The notes under the pieces are model-generated. The model searched no databases and was not told the DNA's origin. It saw only the letters and a program-made list of their open reading frames with translations. Positions 53,106 to 64,000 of a stretch of DNA of 64,000 nt are shown here, piece after piece. Position numbers and translations under genes: made by a program. This stretch comes from Octopus vulgaris (taxonomy: Eukaryota), in contig OX597817.1 of assembly GCA_951406725.2 (NCBI GenBank), forward strand, positions 126,480,001 through 126,544,000, read 5' to 3'. How positions within the stretch are numbered: the stretch's first letter is position 1; each line of letters starts with the position of its first letter.

Positions 53106-55519
53106 AAGCTAGATATGTGTATGTGTATGTGTATAAAATTTATAGATTACATTATTTTATTTTGATTTAGCCGAGACGTTCGAAGAATATGTGCTTGCTT
53201 AAGTGGTTTAATTTATGTTATGTGCATGTATTTCTTCAGTTGCTGAAATTCATCAGTGGTTTCTCCCATTGTGTTGAGGTGCCATTTTGCATCATTAATA
53301 AAACTGGCGAATTATTTTTACCACTGTTTTATACTAACTTATTCCATATTTGACACCCCGAGGAATTTTTATTCAAAACGTGGTGATAAATAAAATTCGA
53401 AATGCATTTTCTTTTACATGCAATTACTTTGACAACTCGGTGTCTTTTTCGGTATATAATATTTAGTTTTCTGGCAGAATTGTATTTTCACAAATTTGGA
53501 CTCAGTTATTGCATATTTTGTGACTGTTGTTGGTGATTATTCTTCAGAAAACTCTGTTGTTTCACTAAACTGATAAAATCTTTTCGTAGTTTGCTTTCTA
53601 ATTTAACATTGCATACGTCAAAACAGGCTGAAGTCGTTTCATAATTAGACACATTCTTAATCATTTGCTTATACCAGAAGAATTATCTCTTTACACTTGT
53701 TTGTCATGGAATAACAACCATAGAACCCTACATTGTTTGGGAAATTCGATAAAAATCACGTCCCATAATGGGTTGGTAAAATTTTCATTAATCAAGAAAT
53801 TTGGAAGTCAGAACTGAGTGTGTCGGAATTCAAACTGTAATGTGAAATAAATGGAAAAACTACACACATAGATTTCGCAGAACATTATTTTTCCTAATTT
53901 TTGTATTTTTCCCGCCATCCAATATGCCTCGGCCAGTAATGCACAGATGCATGTTTTCTTATATAGGTAATAGAAGGAAAATTAGGGAGAAATGTCAACA
54001 TCACTTCTAAATATTTGCCCACAAATGATAAGTCAACATAGTACTGAATACCACAGAAACATTCATAAGTTCCCTAAATAATCTTATGTAGTGAATTTCC
54101 GACTTAGGGCTGTGCATTTTGCCAGTACTCAAACTTATTCCAACCATATTTATATATTTGGATTAGAAGAGTGATTGGTACAGTTGCAAGACATTATAGC
54201 AATGAAACTAGAGATCGAATTATGAGGTGTTATGGGTCGTTAAAATGAGGGCTTAAATAGTAGAAGTGAAAATAAAATTACGTATTTGTGTGGGAGTGAG
54301 CGTATGGATCGATGTAATACACAATGAAGCTACGTGTAGCACATCACTGAGGTAGTGATGGGAATAGTAGTAATAAATTTGTGTGAATAACAATTGTTTG
54401 GATAGTTTTGGCAGGTTGGTTTATTGTATGTTGCGTAGGCTTCTTATGAAATAGTATTTTTGGTAATTTATAGAGTCTAGTAATAATGTCTGTGTGTCAC
54501 TTACTGACATAAGGTTATCACTTTTCATGAAACAACTAATTTATTACATATCAGACGCCATACAAAATGTTTCTTTCTCTGTCAATCTCTCACGCTCTCT
54601 CTATCTTTCTGTTTCTCTCTTTTACATACACTACATTCATCATACGAAAATAAGAATGTATGCACAAACACTTGAATGCGTATAACTATATATATGTGTG
54701 TGTGCGCATGTATGTACGTTTCTGTGTACATCTAAATATGCATTAATGCGTCTCTGTATATATGTATGTGTACGTAAGTATATGTGTTTGTGTGTGTGCA
54801 TGTGTGTGTGTGTGTGTGTGTGTGCCACAGTTTGATATCTCTCCATTCATTTTCTTCGTCAGCCTCAGTGTATCCTAATACAGAACTATCCTCATACCGA
54901 TGTTTGTGATTGTTCTATATTTGCTGCTCCTTACTCAACGACTCAGTGAAGACGTATTACTTTCTTCTCGTGTTATTTCTGCTGTGTATGCCGCATCCTC
55001 TCGCACTCCCACTCTCTCTCTCATACTTTCTGAGTCTATCTCAATTTCCTCTTCCTCTTCCCCCTCTCTCCCTTTCTCTATCAGTCCGAGGATATTTCTG
55101 TTTCTATCTCTATGAAGCTTCCTTGTGTTTCTATCACTAAATTGTCAGTGTAATTATATCCTAATTTTTACTTTCCGTATACCATTGTAACACGTTTGTT
55201 TCCACTTCTGCTCGTTTCTTTCAGTCACACTTCTTCTCTCAGCTCTTTTATTCTCCATTAATGTCTCTCCTTCATACCCAATATTTTAATGTTATAATTA
55301 AAATTATGTGCTTATCAAACGATCAATGAAAACAACAATAACACATTTCATTAATCACATTTCGGTTATTTTTCTACCTTCCTTTCATTTTGATTTCTCT
55401 TTGTGTTTCTGTCTGTCCCTCTTTTCTTTACTTTGTAGCGTAAGACTTCAGGGAAATTCTTTTCTCTCTCCGTTATATATACATTAGTACGGACGTAGTA
55501 GATAACAGCTAGCCTTCGG

Positions 55520-55720
55520 CCGCCCGTTTGGACTCTGTTGTGTCAAATACTCTGATTGGTTGGTATTGACCCAATTTGTCTCTTGCTCTGTTGCGCGCCA
55601 ATATGCAACCCACCAATGGCAGTCTTCTGATAAGGTCACGTGAGGCAGTCTCTTCTAAACCTCAGTTTGCGCCGACTATCACTATAAAACTCTAGCGACA
55701 CATCGAGTCGATGTCTTTCG
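55520..55720 (+). promoter_or_regulatory. Candidate Pol II promoter (CCAAT cluster, E-box, TATA)
   Basis: ATTGG 55555; CCAAT 55571, 55598 and 55613; GTCACGTGA 55635-55643; TATAAAA 55683-55689; locally CpG-rich, non-repetitive sequence. Confidence 0.55.
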
Positions 55721-56950
55721 GTTCCAGACACTTTAATGCCTAGCCAATGACCACACGGGACACAGCCAGTTCCAGCGGCAACATAACAGCAGCCACTTGG
55801 ACCTCCATCTCTGTCGCCAGCATTCGTCCTAACATCAACATCATCTCTCTACGTACACAGCAACCGGCAACACTCGCACAGGTACTCGTTCAGCAACGAT
55901 TTCTTTACATGTCTAAGCCGCGAATCCCTACTTTCGCATGTTTGCACTCAAAAGCAAAACAAAGTCCTTTTCTCGCGCAACTTATTAATATACTTTACTT
56001 TATGTCTTAGGCATTCAACGTTCATCAACCATGTAGCAATACATCGCACCATTTCTACTGCCAGCATTACTGCATACCAGCATAATCCATTTACTTTGAA
56101 AAAACACAGCGTCCCTATATATTTATGCCAAACTTCCCGCATCACTAACCCTGTTTACTCGTAACTTATATCCTTATATATGTATGTATACATAGAGCCC
56201 CAAAAGTCTCTTCTGTTATTCTGTTGGCCTGAACATTCATATAAACTAATACCAAATATGCTTGACGAACATCATAATATTTTTGAAAATGGCCTTTTCA
56301 TTGGAGGAAACTAATGTATATGTGTGTTGTTCACAGTTATCACTGAAATAGTTCTTATACGTAATAAATATTTCAGCTCCTACATTACCCGATTTGTAGG
56401 CATGAGACTGAGTTGAAATATTGATGCATGAGATAAAGTAAAGTAAGTTTGGGGCACAAGAACATTTGTTTACTACAAAAACCAACACCAAAACGAGGCT
56501 GGGCCGCACAATTTCGTGTCATTTTTTGGGCAATATTAGGATTTCTGAGCTGCAATTGTATGTTTTTGATGTCACAAATGTCAGCATTGTTCATGAGAAA
56601 TGACAGAAAAATATGTTTATAAAGAAGAGTTGCTTGCTTGATACTCATCGTGTGCCGATTCTGCCCGTGAGAAATTAACATATAATGCAATGTGGTTGTA
56701 GGTAATCACACCAGGGCAACGCCGGGGTGCATTGCTTAGGGTATACGTAAATTTTCTTTTAGGCTCGTACGACCATATAATAGAATATCTCATGTCCAAC
56801 ATTGCAGTATTCGTTGCCCAAATAATACGTCCTTACCATGTAGAATAAGCGGATTGCCATATAATTGTGTGTATGCGTGTCAGTGAGTGCGCGCGCATGT
56901 ATGTGTGAGTGTGAATGTCTATGTGTGTGTGTCTCTGTGTGTACTTAGGA

Positions 56951-56991
<41 letters not shown>

Positions 56992-56994
56992 ATT

Positions 56995-57048
<54 letters not shown>

Positions 57049-57068
57049 CTTTATATATTCATAAATAT

Positions 57069-57105
<37 letters not shown>

Positions 57106-57812
57106 TATACTTTATATATTCATAAATATACATATTTATTCATGAGGAAACAAATATACACACGTACAAGCAAAGACGCCCGCGCTTATTCAGAAAATCT
57201 GCTCGCTAATTTGACGTAAATGCATCGTGTTTACAGTGGCAACATTGTATAATTAAAACTTTCTCTTGATTAGAAAATGTTCAAACATTTTTCATATATT
57301 TCCTTTACTGAGTTCTATATTTTGCTTTGTTTACCGCCTGCAAGAAACAGAAATTACTAGAGAATTATTCGAGTAAATTATCATAAGAAAAGCAAATCAA
57401 ATCAAATATCAAACCTGGAGAGGGAAATCTAAATAAGAATGGAAAACAATGCTAATGACTATCAGAAATGAGAATAACAAGACCAATAACAGCAATAACT
57501 ATAGAAAAGGTGAAATAAAAAAAAAATCCCCCGTACCCACTAAATGATAATGAACAGAAAGAGAAAAGAATTTTATAATTGAGTTCAGTTATTATAGGTA
57601 GCCCTATTTGTAGGATAGGTCAAATTCATTATAGATTGAAAAATATAGAGAATATCAGCTAAAATATGTAAGACGCATACATAAAATGAATTCGCCCTAC
57701 CACAGGTATATATGTTTGAATATGTAAGTAATATTTGCATGTATATGATTATACATACACACACACACACATATATATATATATGGGTGTATGTTTATAA
57801 GTTTGTTATCTA

Positions 57813-57878
<66 letters not shown>

Positions 57879-60800
57879 TGGATAGATAGATAAATAGATA
57901 GTCTGTATAGAATTATATATATGCATGTTAAAATCGTATATACAGCACTTACATAAATATACATATAGACATTAACATACAGAGTGAGATTACTATTATG
58001 AAAACATACGCACGTTCGCACGTACATTCACATGTATACACCCAAACACAAACATTTAGCAAATTTCATATAAAAACTATTGAAGAGAACCAGGTGTAAC
58101 GATATCTAATAAGAAGCTTGAGATAATAAGGAGAAGGTAATATTACTACAGAATATCTAACTCAAATATTCTTACTGATATATTACATTAGCGATTTCAA
58201 AGTAAGTAAATAACAAATTCAATTATTGCTATATTACATGTATTAATATGTAATGTAGAAATAATGACTGGATGGGCAGCTATGTGTTCACAATTCAACA
58301 CGCTTCATCGTTTGGTTTGTTTCGTATTAACACTCACAAGTGCATGTGCAAAATATCTGGTCTGAATTCTGTGTTTCAATAATTCGTAAACGATCTTGAA
58401 GGTTTTTTCTTTACTCTACGATGAAGCACACTATTTCTAACATATTTACATGTCAATATCATTTGTATCGTTTAATTCTACACATCTATCACAAACCTAT
58501 ACAACGGGATTGACTGAATAATTGAGATTAAAGTTTCCTCACTCATATCTTAGCTTCATAACGTGGTAAACATTTCACTACGTGAAGCACAATGCAGGGA
58601 AATTGCAAACTGAGTCCCTAAATTACTTAGCTAATCCCTTTGCTACCTATCGAGCAGGTTTTCGCATCAAATGTCTACATATGAACCCCTTTGATTACTT
58701 TATTTTTACTCTAGTGGACCTCCGTAGTCATTCGATGTTTAAAAATCTACTTTTATAGAATTTCTTTCAAAATTCCTATTTTGTTTTTCGAACATTAAGT
58801 TTTATAGGTTGAACCATGTAAAAGGCTAGAGAATGAGCGTTTCTTGAAACATACCAATACATACATCAAAAGCCAATTTTTTAAGAGTTCTTAAAATGTC
58901 ATTGTGGATCGCCAAAAATCTTATATGGATCATCAGGGGCCATACGGACCCCGGTTGAGAAATACTGGTATAAAGCATAGTCTGTCGTCGACTTTTCTCC
59001 ATTAATCTTGAGTGTGGGTCATCTTTGCTCCTGTCCAGTTACATTTCTACTCTTCCAGCAACTTTTTTTCGGATTTTGCTGATGGAAGACCCTTCTCTTC
59101 AAGTATTCTCTTCATTAATTGTCATCGATTCTTCTTCAACTTTGTTTTTGTTTTCTAGGTAGTATTGCTGGCCCTACGCGAGCACATTTTTACCCCTATG
59201 AAGTAGTAGTCCAATCGTTATGTAAATTGTTTAGAGGTGAAAAGTTGGAAATTATATACTATTATGAATAGTATACGAAAGTATAATGGAAGGAATCTAG
59301 GTGTAACTTATATTTCGAGCATGCGCTGCAAATTTAACTGGAAATTTTCGTCTAATAAGTGAATCAGTGTAACATTGTTCTCAATTATTTTTTTAAATTT
59401 CAAGCTTTCGCAAATGAATAATCTTCTGATGAGTTTATCTTAATAGATAAATATATTAATTTTCGCTCTCTTTTCTTGGTTGCCTTTCTATAGCGTACAT
59501 TATTCTACATAGTAGTGGTATTGTATTATACTGTATCGTCTAAAAAAATGAGACATATTGAACTAATCCTGTTGTCATTTTATTATATTATTTATTTTAA
59601 TTTGTTTTACAAAATTTAATTTCAATCTAAAAACTTCTAACCGTGAAATTCTTTTTTCTTAATGGATACTAATTTTCTTTTATATTTCTCGTTACTTCAA
59701 TCTATCTTCATCTATCTAGTTGGTTGTACTTATCGGCCTCACAGATTAATTAGAATTCTATAACGAAATGAAACACATCACGATAGGTACATTAAACTAG
59801 CAGAACTGATAAATATGTCTCCCCTTCCATTTGACACAGACACTGATCAATAATGTTGGAGTCAGCTTTATTTTACTTTTAGAATCTCTCCTACATTATT
59901 ATAAAATACTTAGCGGAGGTATTCCAGTAAATTAAAGCAAAGAATGGCAAAATATATTTCCTTTTCTATGTAATTTTAGTCGACCAGATGTATGATTAGT
60001 AAAAAACGGGCTTATTTACATCCCACTACATCATCGCCGTCATACACTGACTATAAAACTTAGTGAATGTGTATACCGAAAATACAAATTAATACCGTTC
60101 TATAACAGACGATTTCACTACGTATCTTGAATAATATCTCTATCCATCTTTACAGCATTTCTAATGCGCACGCGCACACACATACACACATGCGCGCGTT
60201 CCCGTATATACACATATATATCCGTTTAAAATTGGCTGCTGCAAAGAGAGCAATCTATAATGTATTTCAGTATTTCGATACTGAATCATCCAAATATAAT
60301 ATCCTATGCGTCAGTGTGTGTATGTTTGTACGTGTGTGTTTGTGTATGTGTGTGTATCTGAGTTCGTCTGTGTGTTTGTCTTTGACAATGGAACTTGCGT
60401 ACTTATATGAAATGTCTTTCACTGAATAGACAGAAATCTTTCGAAACCAGTCTGATTTGAAATTATTCAGATCGAAATATAGAGGTTGCATGTATCTTTC
60501 AGCGATATATTTCCCCCCACAGTTGTTACTAATTTCGCTACTTCGGACAAGTTTCTTTTTCATAAGTTGGTAGTTCACAACTTAGATACACATTATTTCT
60601 CATATTTCACCTCCCAAGCATGTCGTGTTTCCGACCTGAATGTCAAATCTTTCACTATCACAAATATTTGAAATCCTACAAAATTATGAAGGTTTTTTTT
60701 CTTCTAATGAATTTATAAATAAAGCATACTGCACTACAAATGATAACATTGGCCTTACCTAGGAAATCATTTATTGTTTCCAATTACGATTATATAAATG

Positions 60801-61413
60801 TAAGTTAACAAGAGGTAAGTCTGCATTTATGTTTCCCCTGAAATACAGATTTATAAACAAATATATTCAATTCATAAACAGATCGCCTACTTTGCCTGCC
60901 CATATGAAATTAATCTTCAATTTGTCTTTTTATTTTCTTAATAGATTAACAAAGGAATATGCACATCTATTTCCATCAACTTGGTAAATTACTCCTAAGC
61001 TCTCTTGTTTAATGATACATACTGATGGAGCTGATTTTGCAACAGCAAATGATTAAATTCAATTCTTGTCTCATGCTAACAGCTTTCCAGTTCGAAAAAT
61101 ATGTCAGCAACGACAATAATCTCCCAATATACAATTTTCTTCTAAATATTCTTCTAAAATGCATTATATACATCTTTCTAGTTTCACATGACTAATGGAA
61201 ACTTGTTTACAGCAGGGTAAAACATAATAGATTTCTGAAAACATTATAGATCATTGTGCTTTCAAACAAATAAGTACAATTTCATTGACGTTTTATCATA
61301 CAAAAACGTCTCATTCACTACTCGATTTATCTTTATTTCTAACCTAACACAATTCAAATAATCCGTATAACTGCAGAAGCTGTCACAAATTCATTTAATC
61401 TTCATTTTAAATT

Positions 61414-61482
<69 letters not shown>

Positions 61483-61659
61483 TGTATGTTATAAATACAT
61501 CTACATACACACATATATATACACATATATATTATTTTATTCTTGTATGCATTTCAGCCCACAGCCTGTGGGCACATATGAACACCGCCATTTTTTAGTT
61601 ATTGGTTCTACTGAATGGTGGGAGCTTGAGATTGGTGCATTCTTGAATTTTACTGTCGT

Positions 61660-62400
61660 TTATTTGTAATCTTGGACAACAAGAAGTCAAGTTTTTTCCA
61701 AAAAGAAACATCTACCCGCTACTCCATGTAGATCCCTCATGCTTTGACAAGGTATTAAACAGCCGTGGTCCCTTCATTCTAGAGCCGTGGCAGTATATTG
61801 TCTTCAACCCAGACGGGTTGGTTGGAACCGTTGGAATGGTGCTGTGCACTGCAGTGAGGTGGATGGTGTAGCTTTCAATGTCAAAGTTTAATGGCAACAC
61901 CTCCAAGATGTTCCATATGTATATCACTACATATTTCTCCCGTCTTCGTCGCAGGGAGTAGAGTCGTAGCACTTTTAATCTCTCTCTCTCTCAGTATCTC
62001 AGCTGTTCCAGTGAGGCAATGTTCCTGTCAGCGAGTGTAACACCATTGGAGAGTATCCCGTTTCGGTATTGATTGTCGTGTGGCCACAATTGACAGCAGT
62101 AGTCCAGTAAGCTAACAGCAGATGCTCTCCATAGAACCAGCATATCCTCCTGGTCCCTCGTTCTGAAATTCTCGGTATCCATCTCGCCATTCGCCCGTAC
62201 ATTGCTACCATCTAGATATGCACGTGAAACGAGAATACTATATCAATTCCCAGGTCACGCATTGTACTTCACTCTGGGATTGCTACTCCTGTTCGGGTCT
62301 TTGTTGCAACATGTTTGCAGAAACTAACTTATAGTGGAGGGGGTCAGAATTTTCCCGGAGTGAATTGCATGTTGTTTTCTTCAACCCATTTATATATGGT
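61660..62400 (-). mobile_element. Decayed CR1-group LINE, RT C-terminal region
   Basis: KWVEENNMQF..GKF; MARWI..F.TR...ML.LW...LLDYCCQLW; LRLYSLRRRREKY..IYIWNIL; KGPRLFNTL. Confidence 0.75.
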
Positions 62401-63390
62401 TAGCGTTAGATAGGAACGTTCCCAAATCTTGCAAATATCAGAAATTCGTTAACAGACATAATGTATAATTAGCATGTCCGATATCACACAATTTAGAACA
62501 CTACATAATGAAATGAATTACCATAACACTCAATAAGATAAAAACAGAGGGGCTTTGCGGAAAACCTGCACAACAATACATAATAAACAACAATGTTGAA
62601 TATGAACGATAGAATATTCTGCATAACAAGAGCAGGTCCAAGTAGCGCCAACCATCGGCAGTGCAATCCATACCTAAAAAAAAGAACACTGTTGCAGGAG
62701 GAAGAGAGAATGTAAGTACTAATAGTAACTCTGCTTGCAAAACCAGAAAAAATATAACAAAAACATGTAACTTCAGCCCTAAAAGTCAATGTAACTTTAA
62801 TAACAATTGTATGGTAAAGAACGTGGTTTAGAAATATGAACTGAAGATGAGTACGAAAATATTGTTTACATTTATGGTACCAGAGACATCATGAATAATC
62901 GTTTGCGCAACCAATTTACGTCATTTCCCAATGAAAACAAAAGGCACTGTGCATCATTATCTAACTTCATCTGGAGGCTTAAACGGAATGGTGTGGTTCA
63001 TTCAACTAACTGGTCCATAATTAAAACATTAGACCATGAAATAGAAAAACGCGAATGTGTAACTTATGCCTAGAAGACACTAGGGTTATTATAGTTGCTA
63101 TATTCATCCCACTCTCATTTGTGAGTGATGTCAACCAATGAAGTATACTAACCATCCCAACATCTTCACACACAAAGTTGAAAATGGAGCTACAGTACCC
63201 AAAGATTCTTCCCTCCCCTTTATCATTACCATTTCTTTCTGTCTTGTCTATCCATCACCTTCTATCCTTCCCTAACAAATACACAGAGAACTACCAGCAT
63301 ACCCCAAATAATTTAACGCAATGTCGCCTGATGAAATAGTACACGAACTACGATCCACTCGATGCCCATAGGTACTATAGATTGTACCAT
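62400..63390 (+). mobile_element. Penelope-like element 3' part (GIY-YIG endonuclease, 3' region, hammerhead relic)
   Basis: CNFSPKSQCNFNNNCMVKNVV; NRLRNQFTSFPNENKRHCASLSNFIWRLK..NWSIIK; MCNLCLE; downstream CTGATGA-a-atagtac..gtactat at 63328-63378. Confidence 0.75.
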
Positions 63391-63475
63391 ATATATCCCA
63401 AGAATACGCACTGTGATCGTAAGATTAGCGGCAACGAGCGTAGTAAATTCCATCCATGGATTCTATTATTACTAA

Positions 63476-63640
63476 GGAAGCAAACTGGCAGAATCGTTAG
63501 CACGCCGGGCAAAATACTTTGCACCATATCGCCCGTCTTTACACTTTGGGTCCAAATTTCGCCGAGGTCGATTTCGCCTTTCATCCCTTCAAGGTCAACA
63601 CATTTAGTGTTAGTCAAGTACAGGGGTTATTATAGTTGAT
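63476..63640 (+). mobile_element. tRNA-derived SINE family A, degenerate copy
   Basis: ctggcagaatcgttagcacgccgggcaaaat...gccgaggtcgatttcgcctttcatccc. Confidence 0.85.
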
Positions 63641-63673
63641 ATATTCAAAACTGTTATTGCAGGTTGATATTAG

Positions 63674-63676
63674 TAT

Positions 63677-63745
<69 letters not shown>

Positions 63746-63865
63746 TGTGTGTTTGCCTGAGTGTGTTTATACATATGTGTATATATATAAATATATATAT
63801 ATGTGTGTATGTGTGTGTGTGTGCGTGTGTGTGTCTGTGTGAGTGTTTCTGTGTGTGCGTGTGTA
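63674..63865. repeat. Compound (TA)n/(TG)n microsatellite
   Basis: Directly visible. Confidence 0.9.
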
Positions 63866-64000
63866 GTGACGTGTTTTGTACATAACATACTCGAAAGAAA
63901 TTCGTAATTTTTCGTAATGTTGAACTCAGTTTACTTGGGCTAAGCGTGTATATCTCGTCGGGGAAAGTCGTAGCTATATTTCATATCACAGACATTTGTG

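Noticed and set aside
53225-53265. Minus-strand CTGATGA..ttcag/ctgaa..GAAA
   Set aside because: No UH triplet followed by a stem I partner.
54348-54370. let-7-like TGAGGTAGT
   Set aside because: Only the first 9 nt match, and no precursor hairpin was seen.

Overview
AT-rich, microsatellite-dense eukaryotic DNA with no recognisable host protein-coding exon. Almost all listed ORFs are translations of (TA)n, (CA)n, (CATA)n, (AAT)n or (TAG)n tracts. The SINE sequences and repeat landscape resemble an octopus (coleoid cephalopod) genome; this is inference from recalled families, not a database result. The window is mostly mobile-element debris. It contains two decayed Penelope-like elements (RT and GIY-YIG), a Gypsy LTR-PBS-gag relic, two R4/Dong pieces sitting in (AAT)n, RTE and CR1-group fragments, and a 2 kb ORF1-only L1/Tx1-like insert with a 16-bp TSD inside a SINE head. 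It also contains two tRNA-derived SINE families, a MITE, a Helentron-type non-autonomous element, a ~2 kb near-spacerless palindrome and a CCAAT/E-box/TATA promoter-like region near 55.6 kb. The most notable signal is hammerhead ribozyme motifs in at least four unrelated repeat families. One is a nearly canonical type I hammerhead in a 357-nt retrozyme/pLTR-like unit (26.0-26.4 kb). Another is a tRNA-headed SINE carrying a minimal hammerhead (19.9-20.3 kb). Alignments and folds were read by eye, and relic boundaries are approximate.
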